64,000 nt of DNA, taken from the NCBI GenBank assembly GCA_965112155.1, contig OZ218103.1. One strand, 5' to 3'. Positions 11,992 through 25,400 of the stretch are shown in pieces (positions within the stretch are counted from its first letter, which is position 1; each line of letters opens with the position of its first letter). Both the position numbers and the translations under genes were made by a program. The notes under the pieces are model-generated. The model was not told the DNA's origin. It saw nothing but the letters and a program-made list of their open reading frames with translations, and ran no database searches. Source of the DNA: Podarcis liolepis. Lineage: Eukaryota.

Positions 11992-13125
11992 CTGGAAGTA
12001 GGGGGGAGAGGGAGAAAGGAAATAGCAGCATATAGTAAATACTGTGGAAACAGAAGAGATTTGCACCTACTTGCAACACATGTCATGCAATGCAGCTTCC
12101 GTCTCAGGCTTCCACTACACAGTAAGTACTGGAAGCTGTTTTGCACCCAACTTTAGTTGCAACTGATACTAGGTATTTTTTATTATTACAATTAAATCAT
12201 CCAACTGCTGCCCTAAAGAACTCAAGGTAGAGCACAATGTTTTCCCCCTTCCCACCTATCCTTGCAACAGCCTGTGCTACGAGGGTCAAGGTATTGCCAG
12301 CCGTGACTTTGAAAGTCATTCTAGTGCTCCAGGAAGTGTGTGTAAGAGAGATCTCATCTACTGGAATCACAACTGCTGCATACGTCAGCTCCATGCACGG
12401 GTCAGAATGTCTGCACAGGTTCAGCATCATCATAATAAATAATTATTATTATTTATTATTTATACCCCGCCCATCTGGCTGGGTTTCCCCAGCCACTCTG
12501 GGCGGCTCCCAACAGAATATTAAAAACACGATAAAACATCAAACATGTTTTATAAAGCATGCGTGAGCAGCAGCCCTACTAAAATTCAGGGCACAGTTGA
12601 TGCTCTCAGAAGCTATGCAGATGTTCCAACCGATGGAAGGAAGCCAGGTGCATGGAAGGAGCATGGCCCTATCTTTGTACTTATCATCTCACTAGAGATC
12701 AAATATGTTCCATGGGGCTCCAATCTCTAAACACAACTTCTTGCACCTACTCATATGGAGTTGGGGAGAGGGGCTGCTTAAACCTGCTGAATGTTTAGGC
12801 TGAATGTAAGTTTAAGTAACGGAAATGCTTCTTATTTTGGGTAGCGATGTGAGTCGACGACCGCGAGTTTCTCAGAACTGTGGCTGACCATCTACAGGCC
12901 TTCACATGCTTATAGAAGATTGGCCATGTTGTTTAAACAACAGTTAAAAATACGTCCTCTCCCCACCTCTCCTGTATATTTTCGTTTTCCTCTTATTTGT
13001 GCAATACACATCCGTATTGTTAGTTCTTTGTATTCCTGATAAAAAGCTTCTCTTCAGCAAATGAAGCTTCTTCCCATTTTAAGGAGTGGCAAACTTAATT
13101 CTTCCATCAAAAAGAAGATGGTTAC

Positions 13126-13318
13126 CTGCCAGAACTTCTGTCCTCTCAAAGATGCTGCCATTGGCTGTGCTGGCCATCGAGATCTTGTTGGATGGCTCAT
13201 CGCCTTCTTCAGAGGGCGCAGGTTTCCTGAGAACAGAATCGTTTTCTATTTCTATCACAGCAGGCTCGCTATCCTTTGTCTCTCCTTTGGAATAAGGGAT
13301 AAAGTTGTCCATGGGCTC
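13126..13318 (-). CDS. SDC4: Syndecan-4 coding exon 4 (EPMDNFIP...SNKISMASTANGSIFERTEVLA)
   Basis: cattcAG acceptor and GTAACC donor; 193 nt; NXIP motif (NFIP) and the SNK.SM.ST...SIFERTEVLA juxtamembrane region typical of SDC4. Confidence 0.95.
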
Positions 13319-14400
13319 CTGAATGAAGTGAAAAGATGAGTCATGCCTTTGTACCTACACAGCTGAGAGCAATGCTTCACAGAACGGAAAAGAAAGAAGG
13401 GTGAACGGTTGAACCCGTCTGGGTGCCAGCGTCTCCCCTTAAGTGTTCCAAGAGAACAGTAATAACCAAGGGTCAGCACATCTAGAGACAATATGGCAGG
13501 ACTGGCCAACAGCTGTAGATGCTGCTCCAGAACAGATTTATGTTGTTTATATAGCAAAGACACCCTGGTATTCTGGAAACAGATAGCACTGCCAAGTGTT
13601 ACTACACTCTACAAACAGACTTGTCAATGGACAAATTTTACGATGATTTGGAATTCATTTTTATAAATACCGTATTAGGTTAAGGTTAAACTACAGTAAC
13701 TTTTTGTTTTTTGTAACGTATACAATTCCTTTTTGTTTTTTTCTACTTTGTTTTCTGCATGGGTACTATTTCTTTTTCCTTTTTCTTATCCTACTCTGTG
13801 CATTTGTAATTATGTACTTTTTATTTTCCAAAAAAGAAAATAAAAAAGTGCTACTACAGTACTGTTTGCTACCTCGGTATGTGCCATTTGTGATCGCCAT
13901 TTACCTTGCGTAGCACACCTTAAAAAAAAAATGCCCAGGGGTCTTTAACATGCACCATTTGCCTATGCCAAAGCCATGCAGATCTACACAATAAGTAAAC
14001 CTACCCAGCAGTAACCCATTCCCTCATCCCCTCAGTACAAGGATTGCTACTTGTTCAATGGGACTCCTCCCCCCCTTCCTTCTTCTCCCACCACATGTGC
14101 ACCACACCTACCCCAAATCCGCTCCAAAGGGTTGTGGGGGAAACCCCGGGACAGATTTAGAGAGCACACAGTGGGAGGAAAGTCCCATTTGACAGGCATA
14201 AATCCTTGCGCTGACAGGAGGTTCGCTCAGCAGTGCAGCAAATACAAGCCACTGTTGCTTTGCATTTCCAGTTTTCAATGTTCCTGCAGGGGTTCAGTAA
14301 CACAGCTGGGTGGCCTGTTCTCAGAAGCCATGTAAAGTCCTAGGTGGCACATCAACTGAATGACTTCTTCGCCAAGTGGAGAGTATTTGCAAATACCTAC

Positions 14401-14444
14401 CATAGGTCTTTCGGAGGCTGGAAGTAAGGCATCCTCTGTATCAT
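14401..14444 (-). CDS. SDC4: Syndecan-4 coding exon 3 (short, DDTEDALLPASERPM)
   Basis: 44 nt between a ttatgcAG acceptor and a GTAGGT donor; converts phase 1 (exon 2) to phase 0 (exon 4), matching the small third exon of vertebrate SDC4. Confidence 0.85.
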
Positions 14445-15036
14445 CTGCATAATGAGGAAAAAAACGTATTAATTCTCACAGAAATGAAGGAACTGCGATT
14501 TATACTGCCGTTCCTTCAGAAGACTTTGGCAAACTTGCATCAGACAGCTTATCGCCTCATCGTGCGCTCTCCTCTTTCACATCTCCACCCAACCCCCGAC
14601 TTCCCTGACCTAGTGGGTTTTGCTTCAGGCAGCCGGTTGCAAGGACTGCCACTGCAAGTCCACACACAGCGTGCTGTTTGACTTGTTTTCAAGAGAGGAG
14701 CTGCCCTTCTTTCAAGCACCCATTCCTTGAGGAGAACTGGCTCATGTAAAGTCCCAGATCTGCCCCAACTTGTTGCGTGCTAGTTTCGGAGCTTGTTTTT
14801 CCTCCGCAGCGTGCAACAAGTTGTCAGAGCAAGGCTGTGCTGGGAGTTTGGGAAAAGCAAAGGGGACAAAATGCGAGGCTGTTGTGCCATCAAAAGGCTG
14901 AAGTAATGAGAGGGGAGGGAGAAAGAAGAGCCGTTTCCGAAGAAAGGAGGAAAGCTTCTTCCTAAATACAGCCTTAATGGGGTAACAGAACCACAACAAT
15001 GTGGGAAATTTCCCTGGCCAGTGACCAGCTGCTGCA

Positions 15037-15330
15037 GTTACAGGTAGGTAGCTGTGTTGGTCTGCCATAGTCAAAATAAAAAAATTCCTTCCAGTAGCAC
15101 CTTAAAGACCAACTAAGTTAGTTCTTGGTATGAGCTTTTGTGTGCATGCACACTTCTTCAGATACACTGAAACAGAAGTTGCCAGATCCTTCTATATAGT
15201 GAGAAGGTGGGGAGGGGTATTACTCAGAAGGGTGGTGGGAATGGGTGATTGGCAGATAGCTGAGATGAGCCTGTTGACGACTTAACGACTGCAATAGGCC
15301 TTACAGGAAAAGGCAAGGGGTGAGAAGCTG
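15037..15330 (-). mobile_element. Penelope-like element 3'/terminal-repeat fragment in SDC4 intron 2
   Basis: Reverse complement of the 5505-5930 motif; its other end shares gggtgattg...cctgttgacga...aacgactgca...acaggaaaa with the GIY-YIG-bearing copy at 54150-54513. Confidence 0.75.
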
Positions 15331-15777
15331 CTGCAGGTCAGTGAGGATATTTGAATTTCTTAGCTAGTTGTTCCAGACAAGGGCAGGCTGCATCCCCACA
15401 CTGTTGGAACGGTGGTTGTGTGACAGAAGAGCATTTGTTTCCTTTTCAAGTTAGGCATGTGAACTAGAAGGTATAAGCAGGCATTCAGATTGCAATAAAT
15501 GGCGAAGCAGGTTGAGAATCTCCCATCCACGCACACCTGGCTAAGGGTGGTTGTGCACTCGCAAAGCCTCAAATTAGGGAGTACAATGCTTTCACCCCAA
15601 GTTTAGCCAGATGATATTCAGCAAAGTAAATAGGAGCACAATGCAAACAACCTGTGTTCATCTCAGATTCATAACCTGCGGCTTACTACAAGCCTAGGCA
15701 AGAAGAGCACAGATTTTACACATGCAAAAGGCTGTTTGGCTTGGAGCTAGAGGCAGTTTAGAGTGAAGTATATATAC

Positions 15778-15913
15778 CTTCTTCATCTCCTGAACCTGAG
15801 TAGTCATAGCCATCTTCATCAATTACAAAGTCAGGCCTTGAGTCCTCATCATCTGGCAAATCTCCAGATGGAAATTCATATAGCTGTGGGTCCATAGTCT
15901 CGGTTTCTCTCAC
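15778..15913 (-). CDS. SDC4: Syndecan-4 coding exon 2 (VRETETMDPQLYEFPSGDLPDDEDSRPDFVIDEDGYDYSGSGDEE)
   Basis: Translated by hand (not in the ORF track); ttcttAG acceptor and GTatat donor; 136 nt; contains the SDC4 hallmark motifs RETE, SG-LPDDED and SGSG (heparan sulfate attachment sites). Confidence 0.95.
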
Positions 15914-16446
15914 CTAAGAAGGGAAAACAAGATTTAAAAGGAATGGTTAATAATAATAATAATAATATTTATACCCTGCACATCTGGCTGGGTTTCCCCA
16001 GTCACTCTGGGCAGCTTACAGCATATATAAAAACATTGCAAAATACCAAGCATTAAAAATTTCCCAATACAGGGCTGCCTTCAGATGTCTTCTAAAAGTT
16101 GCATAGTTCTTTATCTCCTTGACATCTGAAGGTTTGATATTAGTAGTCCAGGGAGGGGGGGAGAATACTAGAAGTTAACAGATTGGGTAATTAGACACAA
16201 TAATTTAACAAAATCTGAAAATTGTATGAAAGCAAATAAAAGAAAAGGGAGTTAGAATTAATTATTCTAAGAATTCTATTTTAAGTGTTATGAACTAGCA
16301 TAAATGAGTGAGGAATTAAGAAATAACTGGAGTGTTTATGCTGTATTAGTAGGATTTAGAAATAAGTAGTTTAGTTACGGAATGTAAGACAAAGCATTGT
16401 ATTCATAAGCAGAAATTGGATGAAACTGTAGAATTGTATTTTTGCG

Positions 16447-16447
<1 letters not shown>

Positions 16448-16494
<47 letters not shown>
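16448..16494. repeat. Compound (CT)n(GT)n microsatellite
   Basis: Read directly from the sequence. Confidence 0.95.
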
Positions 16495-16496
<2 letters not shown>

Positions 16497-19400
16497 TTAT
16501 ATATAATTTATAGGAAGAGTCTTGATGGACCAGATGCCAAACTGGTTGTTCCAGAGATAGGCAGAATTCAAAGATGTCTTGATAGCTTGATTCAAAGATG
16601 GATTGTAGCTTGATCAACCAACTTAGAAGGACATGTTTAAAAGCCACAGGTGTTTACGGGCTGCACAGCTGGCTCCTGCAGGACAGGGGCATTTCTGCAT
16701 CAAGTTGCAAGATGTACCATTGAAAAGCAGCAACACTAGTCACCATACCAGAGCCCTAACTCGAGCTGCCAAGGTGACACATAACAGTAGATCACCCAAG
16801 TGCCAGGGTGTACTGCAAACCCATTGATAATTTAGAGGGTTGCCAGGCCATTACTAGAACTAGTGCCAGGAGAAGATGTGGTCCATTTCATTTGCTGCCT
16901 TGTTCTTCTCTACCTGCGGAGTTTCATCCACTCTACTCTGAAACTTCCTATGCATCAAAGTAAAACCTCTGCTTGCTACAGCAGGGAAGGGTGAAGAGAG
17001 CAGGCAACTTCTCTGGCTGCCAGCTTTAAAGGCACCACGACAACCTGGCAGTAGCAACCCTATTTAAAGTTATTGCAACCATCTTGCCCTATGCTGCCAG
17101 TGGGCAGAGGGAATGTCTGGCCTGTCTTCCCCCACAGTGCTGGTGCCTGGAGCCAGCCGTATGTGAAACGGCACTGTTTGCTTCCCCAAGGCCTCCGAAT
17201 TCAATTAACACAATTATACAAAGGTTGGAACTGACAGATTTGTTTGCTTCCCCCATCTGAAAATTCTGCTGACAAGAGGATCAAAGGGTGGTTTTTCTTT
17301 TTTCTTTTCGTAATAAATACTAACTCACTTGAATTAAGTGCTCCATCAAGAACATACAATTTAAAAAGCAAACTCAGCAGCTGCCCTTTGAAAATAAAAA
17401 AGAACTAAATGCTGGGGCCTAATGCAGCCACAGATATGGAATTAGCACAGCAACAGCAGCAATAGATAAGCTGTTGCACGGTACATAAAAGCCAAAGTGA
17501 CTTTGCCAAGGTTCAGATGTCAAGCTACGCAGTTTCATAAGAGCCTGTTTACCTTCCACTGTTCAAAGAACCTGTAGCAACCTTCAGAGTTACTCCGAGG
17601 TAAGACAGCTTCCCTTGCAGCTCAGTACACCTTGGGTATCAAAAGACCAGTATGGCAGCTTAGAACTACACACAACTCAATTCCAGAATCGTTAGGTCAT
17701 TTGCCAGCTTGGGGACTGAACTATTTTTTGTTTCCGCCTGAGGGACAAATTTCCATCTGCCCGGATAGAGGTAGAATTTCTCTGTGTCAAGGTATCTGGA
17801 GTCACTGACTGAAGAGCAACTGATTATTAACTTACTATTACCAGAGGAGAAAGCTTTTACGCAGGAAAAACTGAGAACCCATACAGCCAAAGAGGCTGCA
17901 GCACTGGATGGATGACCCAACGGCACTAATAATGAATGGCATGTTGAGGGAAACAGGTCAGAAAGTCCTTTTGCAAGTCCTCTTGCCAGCTCTAGTCTGA
18001 TGCAAGTTCAGCACAAGTTATAGGGGCAGTCAATGGCAGAAGTATCCTGTGGTTGCTTCTGATCAGGACTAACCAAGAGATTCCAGATCTTTCAACCGTG
18101 CCATGCTACAGGATCTAGACACTCTGCATGCAACCCAAATTGAAAACCGAACTCTGCAAGATGGGATGCCTTTTGTGTGCAGAATTTGGTCCTTGAGGCC
18201 ACAGACTTCCGAGAGAAAGAGTTGGTCCACATACGGCGACCAGCTTTTGTCCTCATTGCAAGGCAGTCCAAAGCAAGCAGTTCTTAACTGCTGTGGCACA
18301 CCCATATGTCAACTAAGGCTGCATTCATTGTGATGAATCACAGGTATAACTTTCCTTTGTGCCCATCTGTTGCTGACAAAAGGCTTGAAAGACTAAGCAG
18401 GCTAGACTAGAAAAATGGCTAACAGAAGTAGGCGGTGGGTGGGTGTGTTATCAGATCAGAGGATGAGCAAGACTACAGTCAGACATGCGCCATCTTTTGT
18501 GTGCTTTGATAAGCTATGACTTAAGCTCGTTTGCAAGAAAGTGACCGAGCCGGATACAAACACAGACTTGACCCAGATGTGTTTGCTGCTGGAGGAGCCC
18601 ATGCGATTGACTGAAAAACCATTGTCCTATGTCAGCCATTCCCAATCTGGTGCTCGATCCCCAGATGGGAGTTGTGGTTCAAAATGCATGCCAGGAGGGC
18701 ACCAGAATCAAGAAGGCTTTCCTCAAGCGCATGAACTCAGCATCAGCATTGGGCGACTAATCCAAGAACAAAACTTCTTTATTAATACATAGGAGTTTTT
18801 TGAGAGTTAACAGAGACCTTTAGTGAGGCCAAAAAGGTATTGAAAGACAACTTCTTTAGCAGTAGAGTCTATATCTACAGAGCACCAGAAAACAGAATAT
18901 TTGGGCACAACCTGAGGATAGAGCAGGAGACAGGATTGCTCCATCCACCATTTTGAATCTCTCCCCCAGTGGCCACAGCCACAACCCCCAGGAAGGACAA
19001 GCTTGCGCAAAGTCATGAGGGAGCTACAAGTCAAACCTTGAAGAGCAGCCTCCTTTCTTGCTTGTTTTTAAGCACAGCTCTTTAACCCCAGGTTAGCTTC
19101 TCAAATGTGTTTCCTGAACACCCAAGGTTTAGTTATTCTGCTTTGGTTTATACTAAGCTACTCCCGATGCAGCTGGGAATATGGGTCACTAAGAACCATG
19201 GGGTTTGTTGCTAGGCCTAAGGAACATTGGACAGCTTACTTCATATGAGCAAGTTGTAAATGGAGACTGAGGCTAAACAGACCATAGAATCAAAGAGTTG
19301 GAACGAATTCTGAACACCACCCAGTCCAAATTCCCTGCAATGCAGAACTCTCAACTAAAGCATCCATGACAGATGGCCACCCAACCTCTCCTTGAAAACC

Positions 19401-22400
19401 TCCAAGGAAGGAGAGTCCACCAGCTTCTTGGACAGGCAGTCCTGTTGAACAGGGTGGTAACTACATTTCTGTGCTCTGGGAAGACTTAAATCTGCAAGGC
19501 CAACCACCTTCCAAAATGTACTACTCTACTTTGGTAATATGGTGCCCTGAGTGAGGACAAAAATTGGCACCCTTTCCTGAATATTTCTTATTTTCACAAT
19601 AATTCCTGTGGGTACAGTTGCTTTTCATGGATCTTCTCAGTAACTACTGGTGTAAATGTAGGTTGTTGTTGCTGCTGCTGCTGCTGTTCTCCCCTCAGCT
19701 CAGCACCCTGTGTGAGGGAACCACCCATACTGCCCTAGATCCAGCACTGATTCTATGAAGGTACATTATGTAGTCTGGCTTGGCCCTTGCTGCCATTCTT
19801 ACAATAGGAAGCTGCACCCAGAATGAATCACTTGCCATTCACTCTGTCTACATGCAGTCCCATTTCTATGCCCCAACTGCCCCCAATTCCAACACACAAG
19901 ACATTTTGATAATGTGTTTTCTTTAAGAACTCCAAAGTCTCTAAAAATGTTACATCTGAGCAGGGCCTGTCCACATTTGCTTTGAGCCAATTTAAATGGC
20001 ATCTCTGGTGATCCTTTAGACTTCCACAGAGTTTCAGGTATCAGTTTTGGAGTTTGCAGCTAGGTTTCTTCCTTTTCTAATAAAGGGAAATTGGGTTCTT
20101 TTCTGTTTCCAAAGACCTTACTAGTCTTACCTACCTGATATTCCAGAATAAATGAATGAATACATTGTGAATCTATCATAATGATCTGGGAGCACTGAAA
20201 GGGGTGGGGGGCTAATCTCCAGGGCTTGTTTACTATGCTCTGTCCAATCCTAAGAGCCCTGCTTGGTTTTAGAAAATGAAAGCAAACTGTGTGAGTGCCG
20301 ATTTTGGATTTTGCTGTTCCTCCATTATTTTCTGCTTTTTGAACAGAGCTGCACAGGGTCAGCCTGACGGGCAGTTCTGTTTGTTTTTCAACCAGAGGGG
20401 CACTGCAGCTCCACGAGCTTCTGGCAACGTATACAGGCTTTGCTATTAATATGCTCTCCGGCTGAATCCTTTAACTACAGAAGCCTGTCACTTCTACATT
20501 TAATCCAGTTGCAGCGTATCTTCTGAGCATTAAGGAGATTTGCCCATATCGAGTGCCAAGCGAGATTAACAAACATGGCTGGGAGGAGCACAGGGGCGGA
20601 GAAGCAGCTTTTCTAGCCTACAAATTGCTGAAAGATTTGCTCTGCAGCTGCCAACCACAGACTGTGTGCAGGCACACATGCACACCTTCATTCTGCTACC
20701 CACAAGCGCTGTTGCACCAAGGCAGTCAAGTGTTTTAAGTGCCACAGAAATCATATGCACCAAGACATACCCAGATATTCTGAAGGATGACTGTTAGTGC
20801 AGAGATCATTAGTAAAAGCTATATTTAATGTGTATGCCTGGTTCCTTTCTCACTTTAACAGCAGTGTTCAAAATTAGCCAGGTGCTACGTGACTTTTGCA
20901 CCTGGCTTTGAACCATTTGCAACCAATTGAAGATACCTGGGCACCAGGTTGATGCCTGACATCTCCACCACCTGGGGATCAATGGATCTGGACTGTTTTC
21001 ACACTTAAACCCCGCCCTCCAATGCTGTAGAATTCTATCAGTTATATTTTATCTGCACAACCAGAATGAATTTCTGGAACCAAAATGCTTTTCCTGTGCA
21101 GCCTGAGCAGTCCCCATTAAGAAAAAGAGGTCAGAATAGGTCAATATACATGTGGAGTGTCCCTGGATGAAGCGACTTTTGTTCTTTAAGTTTTCAACGC
21201 TCTTAGCCTAGCACAGGGTTGTCATCTGAACTAGCCAGATGTTTAACTGAGAATCAATCACAGTCAACCCATCACTTGAAAAATAAGACTTTAGAGCCAT
21301 CTTGCCCAAAAATGGCAACTAGACATTCCATTTTGGTGACTGCAACCTTGGTTTAAGGAGCCACTGGGCACCTAGCTTATATATCTGAGTTTCTGTTTCA
21401 CGATTTCAGCTCAACCACCACTTCTTGCTTTTCCAACTGAACTACCCAAAACTGCTGCTAGCACATCAAAGACCATTAGCTGCCTTATTAGGGGAATTCT
21501 GCTTGTGACTCTAGCAGCTTTCAGAACTACTCACTTCTATAGATCCAAGCCCCAGAATCCAGATTCTTCTCCAGGCTCTGCTGAAAGACAGCAGACTCCA
21601 ATTTGCAAAATCTCAAGAGACAGAGCCCTGCCATGCGCCGCTTTTAATGGGGCAGGCAATTAAATCTTCCATAGCCTGCCTTAGCTAGTACTTCCCAGCA
21701 ATGTGTACATAAGCAGGTGGGGTAAACCGTCAGACCTATTGGGCTGGCAGCACCAAGTACAAGGACCTGAACTAACAAACTCACGGAAGAAGGTGGTAGT
21801 TTGCTGCTAACCATTTGCAGATGGAAAGCAACTCAGTTTGGGGGTGGGGGAGAGCTGCGTTCCCATGCTGTGAATTCCTGGTATTCGGTCTTCTCAGAAG
21901 CCAACCCCCCCCCAATATGGCCGACGCACACAGTGAATGCCTGTATCTGCCCAACTTCAAGGCAACGCATTTAGGGTGCAGCTTTTACAAAAGTGTGGGA
22001 AAAGAAGCAGAGACAGAATTGCCAGTCAGGTTTTGTTTATGGCACCGCTTTATTTGGTTAGCCGAAGATGCTAAAAGCTTCATTGGGTGCAGAAGATACA
22101 CACACGAGTGACAGGCTACGTATGTGTGGACAGATGGATTAGAAGGAGTATTCCCAAGCCTGTGAAACGTCGGCTGTAGTGGCTCTATGACTCTTGCCAG
22201 TCTTGATTATAAAGCATGCTTGTTCTTGGCTTCTCAGTCAGATAGGAGTGGTACCTTTGGGATCTAAGACAACACCCCTGGCCCCTCCCAGACACTGTTA
22301 AGACGATCTACGTGTGCCCTTCCTTTCACAGTATGCCTTTAAGTGTTCGCTTAAATGTGCAAATTGTTCTATGAGTTGTACTGTACTAGTAAGTAGCTTG

Positions 22401-25400
22401 TGCTGCTTGAATCTAATTTGCTCGGTGTGCAGGGAGGGAGAGATGGGGTAAAAAGAAGTTGCGCAGAAACTAGCACTTCACGGGATGGTTTTTTTCTCTT
22501 GCCCACAATTAATGATTGACCGGTATTTCCCCCACCCAGGCCATTATTACTTCCTCTCCATCTCTGCCTTCATCATCAGGGCTATCAAGTTTTTGATCTG
22601 ACCACCCTTTCCCCAGTGTTGCACTCCCCAGGCTATTCTGCATATCCAATCAGGCCTGGATCCAGAGATTCCTGGGAGCAAATAACTCCTGCTGACAAGA
22701 TGGAGAAAGCAGAAACAAGATTTCCACCGATTCGCCTCTCCTCTGTAGTCCGCAGGGGTTTGCTCTGGGAACCAGTGGGTGGTGGTGCAAGAGTTAAGTT
22801 TCACAGCTAGTACACAGATGCAAAGGACTGAATTACATGTCACCAATGCTCTTGCAGGACTTGAGGATAAGCTAAGCTACAGGTATTGTCACCAATACAA
22901 GCACCAAGTTCATTTGTTTCATCTTAGCTCTGAAGACCAAGACCTATTATGTTTCTCTGTATTGCACTAATTATTCTGCCTTTATTAAGCTGGATTTCCG
23001 TAACAGGTAATTTATTGAATTCATCTTGAATCATACCTCTGAAGGGGATTTGTCACACAGGAACGGCTTTTAAGCTAAGTTCTGGGGAACAGCTCCGGGT
23101 TCCTCAAGAGCTTATCAAACACTCTTCAAAGGCAAGTTCAACAATAGCTTCCCTGCAAAACACATTGCTACCCCACCTTGATCTTACACTGCAACGTGCA
23201 GCTGCATGGGAATGTTCTAGACCGCACCACCAATTTACATATGAGGCAATGGCAAGGCCAGGTGAATAGGTGCACACACCTGTGAATGGGCAGGTGCACA
23301 GAATATTCATGAAGGGCACCACAGAGCAGGACAGTGTTGGTCAAGCAAGTCAACATCAAATGGGTGCCCTAAAACAAACAAGTTTTCCCTGTACAGTATA
23401 GTTGTCTTCCCAGTCATTTCTACGTGTCTCCCTAAAATGGCTAGGGGGAGATTAAAAAAAAAATCCTATTCTGCATAAAGTTAAGAGATCCCAGTGTACT
23501 TTTTAAATTTACATTCAAAATCTGCTCCTTTTTTCATTAAGATTCTGTGTCCTTGCTACCAGGGAAATTTGGAGAAAGTTCAACCCTTTCCCAGCCCTGA
23601 TCTGAATTAGCCCACCTCCCCCCCACAACAGCTGCATTTTCCTTTTCCAAACCATAGTTTGCCAGTTCAGATGCAGAACTATGGTTTGACTAAACCAGGA
23701 GCTAACTGAAGCAAAGCACACTAGGGAAGAGCATATGCATCCTTCTTGTTCCTGCAAAACTGAGCCAACTCAGTGTCTTAGCAGCAAAAGAAAATGGACT
23801 TGAATCAATGCTTAGAGGACTGCTGCTTTCATGATGAAAGTTGAAGCTATTTACATTCTGAAGGGATGTTACAGCCATTTTAGTTCACCCCCTTGGGCCA
23901 ATTTCTTCTGCTTGCAAGTCATGTGCAAGCTTTAGCCAACAGCATTGCCCTACAGGACTTCAAATCATATTAGCCCATATAGGTCAGCTTTACAAGTGCA
24001 CTAAGCTCACTAGATTTACCTAACGTGACTCAAGTAAACAGAATATGATGTTTGGACAGAGCCATATTGACAATAGCTGCAAAGGCAACCCTTAAAAAGC
24101 CCCAAATTGGCACGTCCCCATCATTTCTCCCCCACCTGCGCTGGGCTCACGTAACAGCTTGGCAGCTTATGTGGTCCCTCAGCCAAGGTAAACTTTTATG
24201 CTTCTCAGGTTATTGGATTCTAAGGCCTATGCCTTAGAAAAGTGTTGCTTAAGACTTTCAGAGCATTTAGGAAACTTGCTATCAGCAGTCTGTTCCGACT
24301 CACCAAACTTCCTTCAAAATGCCTTTGCTGAGGTGAAGGGTGAGGTCACATCCGACAAGGCCAACCAGGCCGGGAAAGCAGAAGTATCACTTGGTTCAAT
24401 CTTGTGACTCGCAAGTTCCAAGGAAGGAAGGGAATCCTCCCGTCAGCAGACTCTCTGGTGAAATTACAGTCGTGCATATTTCAACTGTCTTACGTATCCT
24501 AAGAAGGTCTTACTGTGCAGAAAGCCCCAAAAGCCACACCAGCACAAAGGTTACATGGCATTTTGAGACACTGGCTTTCATGCAGTGCTGGATTACCAGG
24601 TAGGAAGAGGAGGCACCAGCCTATGGGGACCCAGCGACCACGGATCAAAATAATGTTGATTTGATGTTAAAAGTAAGCTACAATCAAGCTTTCTTAGTTC
24701 AATGTGAGGTAGGTCCCGGGATTTTGACTGCCTAGGGGCCTCCACAGGGTTTAATCCAGCACTGCTTTCATGAGTCAAGACCATGTAGATAACCTTTTTC
24801 GGTTTTCACACCTGCACTCACTCTGCACCTCGTTCCAAGCACTCTGTTTGGGACAAGAGAAATAGTATGGAGTAAGGATTTACCCCACCTACCCAGCTTG
24901 TGCAAATACAACTCTCTTTGTGCACACACTTGTGTTCACGACTGACTGCTTGCAAGTTGCAGATTCCAAGAAAACAACACAGGAAGGGAGGTGAAAATGT
25001 ACCGCTTTTCTCAGCGGATCCAAGATATTTGTTAGGTGACCCGAGTGCAATAAATTGTCTGTGTGTGTGGAAGAAGAACCACATCTAAATTACAAAAGAT
25101 TAGGAAAATTAGATGGTCTGCTTAGTGCATCATCCTATTTGCCACAGTTGCCAGCCAGAGGTCCACAAGGGCAAGAGACCTCTCCCGTGGTTGTTGTGCA
25201 ACTGGTACCCAGGGACGTGTTATCCTATCCTGGAAGCTGGATACAGCCATCTTGACTAGCAACCATGGCTGATTCATAGCTCCTTGAGACCTTTTGAGTT
25301 CTCCCCTACGCAAAGATGCTCCATGCTCTACCGTCTTAACTACCATCCTCAACTGGTTTCCAAGATCCTATTAGCTTTCCATTGCTAAGGTACGTTTAAT

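Noticed and set aside
11049-12001. 190-aa and 173-aa plus-strand ORFs
   Set aside because: Antisense to the SDC4 last exon and UTR; one runs through the CA microsatellite (HTHTHT); non-ATG starts and no domain.
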